Shown in pieces: positions 15,201 through 29,322 of a DNA stretch of 64,000 bases. The stretch is from Trichoplax adhaerens (lineage: Eukaryota > Animalia > Placozoa). The stretch's first letter is position 1, and every line of letters begins with the position of its first letter. The translations under genes and the position numbers were made by a program. The stretch lies in assembly GCF_000150275.1 (NCBI RefSeq), contig NW_002060943.1, positions 966,731-1,030,730 on the forward strand, given 5' to 3'. The notes beneath the pieces are model-generated. The model searched no databases, was not told the origin of the DNA, and saw only the letters and a program-made list of their open reading frames with translations.

Positions 15201-18200
15201 GGATTTTAGGAAAGTCAAACACGGATTATTTTCGCTGAACTCTTCAGTGATAAAACGAGAGAAGTTATTTGCCAGGTAAATGTATCAAAACCTGATAGCT
15301 ATAGTTAGCATAATTAAGTTCGAAAATCGATAGCTTGAAATTTAATCAAGGCAAGAGCTTTCTTTTATTCTTAAACGTATTAATGCATTATTTAATTAAG
15401 AAAAACCAAAATCATACAAAAATATTCTTGCAGTATTCAAATCAGATCTTGATATAAATTGGAAAAATTCTAGTACTGCTAACCTTTTAGCCAGTATATT
15501 ATAAAGTGCAGACTCAAAGTAAAATGTAGACATGAACGATTCTATGAATTAGCGTACTACATTTCTCGAGTCAATTAATCACTGGTTAATGGACATACAT
15601 CACGTTATATAATCCAAAAGACTGTTTAACTTAATAGCTAATCCAAATAATTGACGCACTAGTATACGTATGCATCGTGTTACTTCTTAACTAAAATATT
15701 GTTTAAATCTCAAATTACTAGCTAATTCTAAAGATTGAAGAGCTGGCATGCTGATACTATTACATTACGTCATATCTAAACTAGAATATAATCTAATTTT
15801 AATGAGCATCTAGTCCTTAATAATTGATAACCTAATATATTATATTGTATCTAAAACTAGAATATCATAAAATTTTAAATCACCAACTATTCCTAATGAT
15901 TCCTTAATCAGTTTACATGATATTGTATTTGAAGTAGTTTACTATCCAATTTCAAATTATTAAGAAATTCTAAGAATACGTTAAGTATCGTACTTTATAT
16001 TGCATCTAAACTAGAATAAAGTCTAAATTTTGAATTAATAACTAATTCTGATTAATGAATTAGTATCTACCATACTGCATCTACCGTAGAAAAACGATCT
16101 AATCCCAAATTATAATTATTAATAAGAGGTTAAGTTATACTAACATATATAATTACAATTTTGTAGGCTTATCATTTAAATATGACCACTAGTAAATATG
16201 TTTGGATCTTATCCGGTTGGCATAATCCAAATTGGTGGATCAAAAATACCACTATCAATTTATCAGAGTCATATTGTAGTGATTCCGTTCTATCTGAAGC
16301 CTTAGATGGACATTTCTCTTTTAATGCCGCTTCATCACCTAGTATTACCGATAAAACTGTTTCTGGCCAGGTAATTCTAGACTACGTAGAGAATGATAGT
16401 AAAAGTTACTCTATTCAAAATTAATGCAAATCTATATCCTAGTAATTAAAACCGTAAAAGATGATATTTAATCTATTTTAATTAGAGTTCAGCCGACTGG
16501 TTAAAAGAATTTCATCAATATCAGCAAAAATATAACACTAGCCTCTTTCAAGGGGCTGAAGAATTTGCTCCATTTTCTTATGATGCGATTATTGCTGTGG
16601 CTCTAATGTTGAATCGATCTATAAATGATTTAGCAAAAAAGAATAAATTGTTAGAAAATGTCACATATCATGATAAAGAAGCTCTTGAAATTATGAAATT
16701 CCACATGGAAAGAGTTAAATTTAATGGGATTACGGTAAATTCGATAATATAGAGCTACTAGTTAAGATTCTAACAAATGAATTACACTCTATTTCAATCG
16801 TTAGGGCCAATAAATAGATCTATCTAGCTTATATTTGCACCATAGTCATAGTTTTACAGAACTTGAGGTTGCCTCACCGCCAATTTAGGAAAGAATTGAC
16901 AATACAGTACCAGCATAAATTGCTATAGCATAAAGATATCTTGATCTGTCTCTCAATATTCAAGAGGGTCTTTAGTGTGTTTGTAAACTTCATGTCCAAA
17001 ATAAGCTCATTTTTACGGAGACAGGGATCAACTCAATTCGATTTGATAATCTAGTACAAATTTGCTATAATTTAAAAATATCTTGTTTAATATTTTCCAG
17101 TACTATCAGTGCTTTCCAAAACTATACATCCAGATTACGACATTATATCTATATTTATGGTATAAACATAAGTTAAATCGGTACTGTTTAAGTAAAGGAT
17201 AACAAGTTAATCGACCGAATTAAAGCTATTTTGCATTAATATAGCGTCGTAATTTAATTTCAAAATTTTTGTCGGCTAAATATTTATAGGGTCCAGTAGC
17301 TTTTTCAAAATCTGGTGATCGGAACGCAATTGCGGTTATTAAAAGGCTAATTGGTAATAACTCGATAGCTTTACTCAATTTTACTCCTAGATAATTAACT
17401 TACTTAAAGTACCGTCATAATTTGACAAATAATATAAATTTAATTTTCAAATCAATCTGTTATACTAGATAAATAAATGTATGTCCTAAACTTTCAATAT
17501 TAATTTTAAATTCATTTATGTATATTTTTCTTATTTTAAGACGGGAAAGATGTTTCGATTGGATATTACAGTAGCGAACAAAGGGAAATGAAATGGAATT
17601 ATTCCATTCCAATTAATTGGGCTAATCCAGGTAAAAGATAGTAGAGGAAATTAGCATCATTATAACTTACGAGCAGCAAATGATAAAAATCTTCCTAGTC
17701 TACATCAAAACACATTTAAGAAATCGAGAAGAATTATCAATAATTGCCAAAATGTTATATTTTAAATAAATTTAGCATAGTTTGCTTTAAAAATAGCAAT
17801 CATTAGGACTTACATCTTTACAATCGAGTTGAATCATATAAACTGATCAAAATATGGCCAATATAGAATCATGAAAAGAGCTACATCTCAGACATCAAAG
17901 TTTTTCATGTATAATATCTATTTAGGTATTGACTATCTCTTTCTGATGTATAACATATATTTAAGATAGAGAGTGTGTCTATTATTTAAAATTAGGTAAT
18001 AAAACACCGCTAGATGGGCCAAAAATCGAACTTGTTCCTGAAACGGTCCCTCTTTTCCTACAAATTTTCCTTTGCAGTCTTTCCGCTTTTGGCATCTTAT
18101 TAACGCTATCCTTTATTACGTTAAATATTTACTACAAAAATGAAAAGTAAGCTGCTCTCGCACAATTTCGAATTATACGTCTAAAATCATTATAATTAAT

Positions 18201-21200
18201 GATATAATTTTAGGCTAGTGTTGGCTACTTATTAAAGATAGTTTCATTTAATTAAAAATTTAACCTTACATTTTCATGTCTGCATGTTGAAGTCTTGTAA
18301 TTTTCAAATACGTAAATATTTAGCTAGATTTGAGCGAACTCTATAAATAATTGTTATATAGTTCAAAATAAAAAGCATACTGCCATGTTTTGTCAACACA
18401 GCCTTTAATAACTCCTAAATATTGGAAGTATCATGATGTGAATAAGGTTATTTTTATTGCAATAATCAAAACTTATAAAATTATCGAAGATTAACAAACT
18501 TATTAATTAAAACCTAGCATCAAATAACAGGGGCCTTGATAATTGATCAATTATATGTCGAAATTTATTCATACGCGAATCTAAAACAAAACTAACCTAG
18601 AGTATATAATATTATAAATATTGTTCCATTTGTTGTTAGGGTCATCAAAATATCAAGTCCAAACGTCAATAACGTTATTGGATTTTCTGGAATTGCCTGT
18701 TTTGTGTCGGTAATCTTATTTAGCATTGATAGCCATGAACATCGATTTTCAGAGAAGCTTGCTATCGTTCATTGTTGGGTAATATTATTCGCAAAATTTT
18801 AGATGGAATATAAGTCACAACTCAATCTTATTCATGCAGTATAATTCTAATATTAATTTACTTGGTGATATGAAAATTAGTATATTAAAAATATCTTACC
18901 ACAAATTTATTATTTTTTCTATTCTAGTCCCAGTTATGGCTTTTTTGTTTAGGTTTTACTACTGCATATGCGGCTTTAATTGCTAAAACTTGGAGAATTT
19001 ATAAAATATTTAATAAAACCAAAGTTAAATACCAGGTAATGTGTATTACATTCTTATGGTTTATCATCATAATATATTCCTTCACACGCAACGTACGCGT
19101 ATAATTATTGATATCAGTCTATTACCATAATGCTAATTTTAGACTTACAAATCTACAGTTGTTCGCTTCTTATTTATTAATGCACATCTTTATTAAATTA
19201 ATTTTTAGGTTATCAAGGATAAGCAGTTATATCTAATAATCTTTTGCATGGTTGCATTCGAGATCTTCACCTTATTTTTATGGACTGTGATTGATCCAAT
19301 TAAGATTAAGGAAGCAAATGGTACAATCCAGGTATTTTTGATTTCTGAATTATCTGCCAATAATTACTTTCTACAACTGTTATATATGTAGAATAAAAAA
19401 TCTAGTTTCATCCGAAATATTCAAAATTTGTCTAAATGCTTTATCAATTTCACCCCAAAGTGCATTATTTAACATAAGTCATCATATAATGCGAGATTAC
19501 CAGGTTTTATTTAGTGTATAATTTATTTAGATAGACTGCTAGTCTAATCGTACAAAATTCGATTTATAAATTTAAGAACAATGTACTGTGACTTTAATAT
19601 CTTCCAGAATGTCTAATTTAAATACACGATATATTCTGTATGATATGAAACTGATAATGCTTTCTTCCATAATTTATTATTCAATCTTATTGTATACTTA
19701 ATTAATAGAGGTTAAATGCCTTCAACTATTGCTATCCTCTGATTGAATTTTCTGCAGATTCATAACGAAGGTGATCTCATCATTGTTCCAACTCATGCAA
19801 GATGTGTTATACCTTTTGCCATTACCTGGACTATTATTCTATGTAGCTATAATGGCATTATGCTAATATTTGGTTCTGTTTTGACGTGGAAAATAGNNNN
19901 NNNNNNNNNNNNNNNNNNNNNNNNNNNNNNNNNNNNNNNNNNNNNNNNNNNNNNNNNNNNNNNNNNNNNNNNNNNNNNNNNNNNNNNNNNNNNNNNNNNN
20001 NNNNNNNNNNNNNNNNNNNNNNNNNNNNNNNNNNNNNNNNNNNNNNNNNNNNNNNNNNNNNNNTGTTACAGTGTTATACACTGTATTACAGTAGAAATAT
20101 CAATGTTAGGATAATTCTATTAGACTATCCTTATTTAGTTAACTTCTAATTTGGATATACTGTATTTTAATATAGCACTGACTTTTTATGACAGTGACAC
20201 TTATACACATACTGAAATTAATAGTTCTAATAGGGAATGCAAATCATCTGCTTACAGTTCGAATCATTGTGATTGTAATTTACTTATAGTAGACTGTAAA
20301 TTATCATGGAAATGTTCCGTGATAGGACATATCGTAATCTGACTATTCTGTATTAGTCATTATATGTCTATGTTCGTAAATACTGTTGTCTGCATTAAGG
20401 GAGCAGTAGCTAAAATTAATATCTAATTCAGTAAATGATTCTAATGTTAATTGTATTAACTATGACTCATGAACTATTGAGGAATAGTATATAAATGCAG
20501 TATATCGTGAAATAAAGAAGAATTGTCCAACTTAGTGTTTAACGTAAAATACGAGGCGTTTAAGTCTTTGTGTAGTCTGCTAGTAGAGCAAAAGTGTTTG
20601 TGATAGTGCAGATATCGTTCCTTGATACGTGGTTCAAGGAATTGACTTATTGATCGTATATTGCGTTATCTTGTTGCAAAGCTGTTTTGTGACACGGTCT
20701 TACCATAGTATTTGACAAAGTGACAAACAAAAAACTACCTCCACCATGACAATTAGCTATCAGCTATCCATAATTCATGCATATAAATCATTTACGTCGT
20801 AGCGATTTAAGAATATGCTTCATGTAACTATAATATTTTCAATCTTATTTATCGTATCCTATTTGCGTTTATGCACTTACATCGTATTAAAGCAACAAAA
20901 TGTTCATTATTTTAATTTCTACTCGCTTTACAATGATTCATTATTTAGTTATACACGCTATGGATTGGCTACGACGATCAACTTTTTACTACGATGCCCA
21001 GTACAAAATCAAATTATATCGATAGGAAAAAAGTCGCCTTAGCCGTTTCTAGTGCAAGAGGATTCGAGAAAGACACTGATCTTTCAGATAATGAAGATAA
21101 ATTAATGCACTTGCAATATCGAAAGACGACAGTAAGTTTTCATCTAGATTCTTGAGTAGATCTTGAATAGCAATAGCTAGAAAAATCCTGTAGCTACTGA

Positions 21201-21334
21201 ATATTAACTTATCATACTGAATTTCTTTTTAGATCCTTAAAGAGATTCAAAAACTTCAAACTGAACTAGAGACTAAGAAAGGACAGCTGGAATATCTTAA
21301 AAGTGCTAAACGAGAGGAATCAAATGCATGGTAG
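12281..21334 (+). CDS. GABA-B receptor-like class C GPCR #1 (Venus flytrap domain + 7TM + C-terminal coiled coil)
   Basis: Exons 12281-12520, 14335-14472, 14599-14769, 14948-15055, 15210-15275, 16167-16370, 16486-16734, 17290-17353, 17541-17630, 17996-18146, 18640-18778, 18928-19035, 19209-19331, 19758-(gap), 20949-21131, 21233-21334. Motifs: signal peptide, LLPGYQL..DTK/CDPG, GASCSQVT, FFRTYP, YVWILSGW, YDA, GPVAFSKSGDR, IKISSPNVNN, AKTWRIYKIF, IKDKQL. No Cys-rich domain. Tail ILKEIQKLQTELETKKGQLEYLK. Confidence 0.9.
13875..14287. repeat. Degenerate ~160-170 bp tandem repeat (about 2.5 copies) in GPCR #1 intron 1
   Basis: Recurring AATTCGAAAATC...TATTTCAATTGCATATAAGAATT...TTATAGAGCTGGAGTTAA blocks starting near 13875, 14035 and 14205. 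Confidence 0.8.
15765..16100. repeat. Degenerate intronic tandem repeat (ATATTGYATCTAAA(A)CTAGAATA core)
   Basis: Core recurs near 15772, 15842 and 15997, with a weaker copy near 16075. Confidence 0.55.
19897..20063. other. Assembly gap (N run) hiding TM6-TM7 of GPCR #1
   Basis: 167 N. The equivalent exon portion in paralog #2 is about 194 nt and no TM7 sequence is visible after the gap, so the true gap is probably larger. Confidence 0.95.
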
Positions 21335-21960
21335 TAATACTCCTATAATCTAACAAATAATTGGACAATACGGCTACATAAATAATACGTTATTGTCTTT
21401 CATGAATTTATCTAAAGATTGGGTAATAAACCGGTAATATTTCTTTTGCCTATTTACGATCTCTCCACTCCTATTTGTAAATACTGTCTCATAGAGATTG
21501 CAGTATTATAAATTAAAACGTTAAAACATTCTTGCGTACACAGCTTTGACATTTCGAATATAATTTAATCCTTAGTGAAATAACAGTTCATTTATAGGTT
21601 AATGTATTTGACATTCCTTGCTCACAGGATATTTAAATTTACCGTCTCCAGTTAAACAGTAAATAATTAATTATCTGCTTAATTTGAAAATATTTGCATT
21701 TTGAAATTTATTGCACTAATATTCTTACAAATTCTGTACAGTATTATCTCTGAGCAGCAAATAATGCTACCTGTATCTACAAAATAACAACAAGCACTTT
21801 CGTACATTATACGATATATCACAGATTGCTCAATAATACAGTAGAGATCTCCAATAAAAAACTAATATATATAAAACATTTCATAACGGTCCAGTTAATT
21901 TAAGCGTGAAATAGTGGGGATCGCACTTAAAACACGCTTTGTCTTTGATACATCAAGTTT

Positions 21961-24900
21961 TTAGTCGCTATCACTAAATTGCTCAATAGAATTTGATTCA
22001 CTGTCATCATCAAAAATTTCCTCAACGATTGCATTCAAGGCTATTAGATCATCATTTCGAGTAGCAATCTCCTTACTTTGAGTTTGCATCTGGCTTGAGA
22101 TTAATTTACTTGGTGTAGGAGGATTAGAGGTTTTATCGTCAACCATCTGAACCATAGCAAACTCTTTCTCTGAGAGCAAGTTTGATGACAGTCTGTGCAA
22201 AATACAATTAATTATTAACGTTGTACAGCAAACGTTATATTTATCCGTTCCTTTAATTATCACAGCTTAAGATTAGTCCTCCTTAATATCACACAATAAT
22301 ATTCATATAATTTAATGTCAAATATCACAAAAATGTTTGCATATCATACCTTTGCTTCCATAAATTGAAATTGCATAATTTATCGATCGTCATTTTCTGC
22401 CCAGAGTCAGCTACGTTGAAGTAAAATGAAGAAATCAGTATTGATAACTACAGATAACATCCTTTTTTAATACCTAGATAATTTATAAATACTATAACAA
22501 TATACAATCTTGAAATTACAAATAGCTAGATAGTTGCAAAGACTAACCATTCTTGATGAAATTATTGTTGGTAAGTGAAACATATGGAATAAATTCCGTA
22601 AAAAGTTGTTTACTTTCCCTCCATTCTTAAAAAAATAGCATTACGGACATATCAGATTTTTTATTCTTTCTAGTTAAATATTTCATACCCCTCACACTAA
22701 TTTTAAAAATAAAATATCTTGATAAACACTACTCAAACTTAGCCCATAGTTTAAAACTCTTAGAATTTTAGGAAAGATTTAAACCATCTAAATTAGACCT
22801 AGATCCGTCTTCCTTACCACTGAAATGATATTGACTGGCAGATTCGTATTCCATTATCTGAAAATATTTTAGTCAATACTTATTAATACTATAGATAGTA
22901 AATCTTGATTTAAAAAAATTTACAGCAAACCAGTTAGAACGTACATTTCGGTTAACACTAAACCATCGGGGCTTATGTAATGGTTTCCAACCAGAAGTCG
23001 ATTTACGTTTGCTTCCATTTGCATCCGTTATATTGGAGAACATTAATCCTCTGACCGTTACTGATGATGAATATTCTTCAAATATAGTAGACTGTAACAG
23101 AGTAATTATCGCTGCATGTCACTTAGTAATAACAATCCATTAAATTGACATGGTATTTTTAATAGTTTTAAAGACCAAATTTGTATACTACACAGAAAAA
23201 CTATATAAGAATGAAAAAAATTACCGTCCATTCTCTCGATAGCAGGTCGCTATCACTTAAATAACTAGCACTATTAACCTGCAAGCATATCAATATTAGG
23301 CAGAGTATGAATAAGTTCGATTGCTGGGAATAACCGAATGGTCCAAATAATGTATCCAATTTCTATTGCTCTTACCGCACATTCGATATCGTTCACAAAT
23401 CGTATATAATTCTCGTGCAAATAAAATCTAAGCATCGTTGACGATGTACGTGACTGTTCAATAACAGTCTAGAAAGGGTAAAAATGTAAAAATTTTATTC
23501 CAACTTCGTAACAGTTGTCAATTTCCGAATATAATCAGCTATCGTGGAAAAAATTAATCACCTCGGGATGTATCAATGCACGCCTTCTATTATGCATTGA
23601 CAAATGAGTTGGTAAGCGTTCATTTGGATTCAGATCTTGCTCTTGATCTCCTAATGCATATTAGTAAATTACAGATAACCAATTAATTCAAGTTACTAAA
23701 ATCCTACTGTTTATACTACCTACAGTATCAATCAACTTTCATAAACAAATGAGTTAAATCGATCAGGTACAGCAATTAAATATATATACGATATCAACGT
23801 TACAACTTACGCTTGCAATGTAAAATTTTTCCTAATGCTCGAAATAGATATAATCCTTGATCACGACCGGTGAGCTGTTTTGTATATGCATCATTTTTCG
23901 AGGCATTTTGAGATTTCAATTTTTTTCTCTTGCTGCCACCGATGTTAACGTAACTAATTTCTTTTAGATGCGCGTTACCTGGTCGTTTAATCATGAATCA
24001 AAATTATGATAGCGAAAAATAAAACGATTCTTAGGATGTAAAACGTAAGGTCTTACGTTCATAAAATAAGAACTGTAAACAATTAATTGCTTGTCGAATG
24101 TCACCAACGCTAGCAACTGCAATATTTTGAATATCCGTTTTTGAGACTTCGATACCCATCTGATTAATAAATGAATTGGCAAACAATCAATAAGCGAATC
24201 TCTTATTTACATCTAGCAAAAGGAATGCTAATTACCTTACTTTCCTTTTCAACAATATTATTTAACAACTTCGAAATATTAGTCGGTGCAACTGGATTAA
24301 AACTAATAAAATGACGTAATTAGTTCTAGAATACTAGGACATCATTGTATGTAGCTTTAACTTACTTGATGGTACGTATATTGCAATCCTTAATAATATC
24401 TTTAGGAAATAGAGTATGAATATTATAGCTTTGGTTTTGACAATCTGAATGAATAAATACTAGAGGGCATCGGCCGACCCTGCAATATTTTCTAAAACCA
24501 GTATAAAGAACATATAAAATAATATTAGAGCAACACGTAGATTTATATCCTCAGAGGACCTCATACTAACCGAATAATATCATGAAGTTGTCTGTGATCA
24601 GTATAAAATACATTTGGATAGTCCTACAACAGTATATAAAATGCATTTTGCGTCAAACTAGGAAAAATAGCCGTCAGCATAGAGGCATTTAAGACAAACC
24701 TCTACTAATATTATCACATTGTCTTTGTTCGACTGTGTCTTTCCCGATGTTGTAATGCTTAGCTTTGAATATTTATTAGCACGTAGTAGGAAGTCTTTAA
24801 AAGAGGTAATTTCACTAATGATATTATCATGATCAGTATCTAAAGGTTAAAATTATACAATAAAAAAATGTAATGTTTACTACGTCAATTTTAGTACAGT

Positions 24901-25831
24901 AAATACGTCGTAGAAAGATTGAAAACCTACAGGTGGAAAAAATATTTCGCCTCTCAACTGCAATCGTACTCAAAGGATTACTCCATTCCTGCACTTCATA
25001 ACTAATGTCGTTAGCCACTGCGTAAATAGTTGCCGTTTTACCTGATCCTGATGGACCCGTTAACAACAATATTGGTGCCGGGGCTTTCTATTAAAAATTA
25101 AGAAATACCTAACTGTATTAAGTTTATCAATCTGAAATTTCTATTAAGTTATAATATTGTTATTACTTCAGCGTAAGAATTATCGTAGAGATTCTAGATT
25201 GATCGCTATGAGAAATAAACAAGATTTTGTAATAATCACTTTGTTATTTGCTAATTGACGAAAACTTTCTCGTAGCCATTCAACAACTTCTTCAATTTTC
25301 TTCTTGTGAATTGCCAGTTCAGTCTAAATTAGCAATTCTTAATATTTAATTACTTAAAAAATATTATTCAGTTATCATTGAAATCACATTAGCACACAGC
25401 TGAACTGGTATTATTTTCTTACCATGGATTTTGGTTTATATTTTAGGCACCATGTCAGAATAGTACTTTGGTTATGGGTACTCTTATCAGAACTAACAGC
25501 ATTGCCTGTCACGATATAGATTAGTACAGTTATAATCTAAAATTATCGCTATTGAATTGTTTCTTTAGTATTTAATGACCTTTACTAATGGCATAATTAT
25601 CATTTCTTGACTTATTGGCAGGTTTTTTCTTACGCATAGCTGGTAAAGAAGATTTTTTACTGCCAACAAATATAACACTGCCATCATCTTCAAATGCTGG
25701 CGATATCCATTCATTGCTCTTTTTCTGTTGCCAACACACAAATAGAAATAGATCAGATCAATACGCCGTTTTAGCTATTTGAATAGCATAATTGTCTATT
25801 TCATTTGCGTTACTTTGGATAGTTTCGACAT
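21961..25831 (-). CDS. RAD17: Cell cycle checkpoint clamp loader RAD17
   Basis: Multi-exon. MSKLSK/KKSNEWISPAFEDD, WCLKYKP, ELAIHKKKIEEV, Walker A LLLTGPSGSGKT, RANKYSKL (KYxxL), LFRALGKILHCKR, HKPRWF, acidic C-terminus IEQFSDSD*. Confidence 0.93.
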
Positions 25832-28800
25832 GACGGATGTCTTGCTTGAATATTGATTTCTTCCAGAACTCTCCAGTAAATTAAACCAGTAGAGGAATAG
25901 TTAGGACTGTACAGTAGTTATGTTTAAAAAAAAGCTAGTATTAGAGTCGTTATTTTTACTCTATTTATTAGTAATTAAATACGAGTATACTCGAAGCTCA
26001 TCTGCGAAGATTAATACCCCTAACAATTCTCAAGGAAAACTTTTCTTATCTTATTATATTGGTGAAATTACATTTATCTAATATTAAATACACTTTAAAA
26101 ATTTGCATATCGACAACGCACACGGTACTAAACACTTTAAGTTTAGATGTTGACCATTATATTCTACTGAATTACGAGCATCCTATAGAATGTGAACTAA
26201 TTATAACCAGAATGATAACATTAACTTTATGTAGATATGTATTATAATAGAGCAAATTTAACAAATTAAGTACCTGTTATTTGTTTTGCGAGTATTTAAC
26301 CCATAACGAAAAAATCTTTAAAATGAGATAAAATGATTGGCCAGTTTACTTGCAATGCAACGCTCTGAAAGGTTAATTTAGATATGAAAAATGTCAATTA
26401 AACGAATTTAGTACACAGTATGTCGTTGTAGCACTATCAATGGTGCTATAACGTGGAATATATTATCTTCTATTTATAATTTTATGGCAATGGGAGTGTC
26501 AATTACATGAGCTACAATCATTATGCATTTATGTTACAAGAGTATCGATGTTGAGTGTCTCTTAAGTTATGAACAATTCATACTTATAACACAAAAACAC
26601 AACATACCTATGTCTACTTTTGCACTACATGGACCAACAATAAACTTCATGCTATACCAGATTATACGATTTGTGCTTCCTTTATTACTAGTGTACATAT
26701 GTGTGAGTCAGGTAGGACATTTCGGATTATTATCCGGTAACATAAAGTACGCTTAATAATGAGCTACCATAATTTACTGTTGCACTACTTGAAGAAGATT
26801 ACACGTACATACACTTGTGAAACTATTGTGATTAGATGTCAATTATAGAATGGATATCATCATACTAATAAGTCACGAAATAGTAATTTTAACATTAGAG
26901 GGTAAGAATCATCACTGGTAAAATATTACCTATAGAAAGGGCTATATACTGTACACAGTATAATCAGAAGTATTAATAGCGTTCCTATTGGATACGATCG
27001 TACCAAGAAGGAAAGCATTATGGTAGAGCTTTTATTGTACAGTATTTATCAACACATAAACTGCATTTAATCATAGTTGCTGGAGCTAGGCACATATAGT
27101 ACAGTAATAAGGCTTTCATTATAGACGATTATTTGTGCATTAGGTTACCACTGTGCTACTTAGACGTACGACCTAAACCTACTTATATTCTATCTCACTT
27201 GGCGAGCTCCAGACTATCTCTTTGTGCAGGAATGTCTACGTGCTTTAGGGTTGTTATTGTCCACCCTAAAGGTAACATCACTGTTATTTTCTATCTACTC
27301 TAGACGTACAAGTATAGCAGCGCTGTTGATGAAACCTAGGCGTTAGTGACATTAGATGGATTACTTCGCTATTGCACTAGGGTGGAAGTAGTCCAGTTGG
27401 CGTCTCATGCCCATAAAGCAGGAGGTAACATTCAAAATCTGCTTAAATTAATTAGCAAAATTTTGCTCGTAGTGTAGTAACCGTGTTTTGCAGCTGTTGA
27501 TCGTTGTTGTGCATCGCACTGTCGAACAACTCTAACACACTTGTATACTAACACATTATCATGAACATTAAGAGATGATATCTATGAACTCTATCTGTGT
27601 TTATTCCTATCAATCAATCCCATTGGAAGAACGATGAATCGATGATGATGATGATGATACTTTGCTATTTGACAAGCACTTATTAAGCAAGAGGTGGTCG
27701 ATCATTCTTATGGTCAACATCGACTGCATAAGCCTCATCAATCACTATCCTTGCACTCCATTGATGTCTCACCTACTTACGTCTACAATCAGCTCAGTTC
27801 AAAACAGTCTCCCTTCTTCTTAATCCTACCCAATGAATCCAATCTAGCCAAGGATATCTTGTATGGAAATGGAGAAAACACTTGTAGATGAAAATATAAA
27901 TAGCGATTGCCAAAGTGTTTTCAGCTACTTCTCCCTGGTAACGCGTGGACAGACGTAAAGCGAAAATTTCAATTTTGGCTATCCAATCAAATCGTCTAGT
28001 CCGTCTTGCGTCCTATCCGGCAAGATGCGTTGAAAATTTTGTTACTCGTACAGTACCATAGAGTCTAGTTAAAAACATAACAACGCTCCAGAATAGCAAA
28101 AGGATGACTAGCCAAGAGTCAACTCTATAGAGAAGTAACACAATGGAAACAACACTCGGACGGTCGGACATTTGACCCCATACTATTTCAAGCACTTCCA
28201 TTCGGCATTCTGTTACTAAGCGAATGGTCGATTTTATTATTCACTTATTTTGCTAAATTAAGTAATAGAACATTGAACTGTATGCTATTAGACTAAGTTC
28301 TACTGGAAAGCAGTTATACAAGGTCCTAATTGTGTTTCAATCAGTAGAAGTGATTCAGAAAAAGAAACACTGAAGATCCATACTAAGTCAGTCATTTTGG
28401 AGCATCTTCTAAGTACGAAAAGTCTGTCCGTCTGTGTGCAATGGCCAGATGTATCCAGTATCTCCCCTAGTCGTCCATATTTGCAAGTAAAGACTGCTCG
28501 ACAGTGAGTAAACGCTTGCTGCTGTAGGCAATTTATGGATGCAGAAGTGTTGCATTTAGTGACCAGTAGAGACCCTACAAAAAGCAATAAATCTCCAGGG
28601 AAGAGTACGCTGTAATGGAGAAAATCGAAACTGCTTAGGGTACAGTAGCATTCAGTCATGGACTACTCGTACAGTAGCAGTGAAGTCTATCAGTACAACG
28701 ATAATCAGTCGAGTGCTATCGACCCATATCAAGCAACAACGCTGTTGTACTGATAAAAACAAGCTAATACTGGATAGAATTGAGACTGCACTTATGATGC

Positions 28801-29322
28801 AATCGACGTACAAGGATTTAACTAATAGATCATGGGCTTCAAAAGCACAAATTTACTTCTTATGAAGTGAAAGACACATTTTTCTGCACTAGACCATTCG
28901 ACTCGAGCGACGACAGAAGATCCAAAATGATGCAGTAGAGACCGACAATATCGTCAGTGGCTGATAGTAGAAGCACTTGCTATTAGTACTGAATCGGGTA
29001 CTGTACTGTATTGTATACTCCCTCAATGGAATTGGATAGTCTATGGCGGCATGCCACAGTGTACAGTGTACAGTCTGTACCATTTCGTAGCGTATGACTG
29101 TACTGTAGGCTAGGCTTGTGATCGCCGATAGTCAATGTATCAAACCATCAAGTTGGCGTAACGGTATAGTATAAGTTCCACTGGAATGAATGAGGGGATT
29201 TCTCTCCAGTCGGACCAGGTTATTACTCGTTGCCACTTCGCCATTAGCTCATTGCACCTTTGCTCCTCCATCTTGCTGACAATCTTCCGAGCTAATTGCA
29301 AGTCAAGAATTCAAGTAACAAA

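Noticed and set aside
19743-20149. ORFs spanning the N run
   Set aside because: Artefacts of the assembly gap. Only 19758-19896 is supportable as coding.
29140-29271. 43-aa minus-strand ORF (MEEQRCNELMAKWQR...) divergent from LSM4
   Set aside because: It starts only about 50 nt from the LSM4 ATG, and no downstream exons or homology could be established. CAAGATGGAGG may just be a YY1-like promoter motif.
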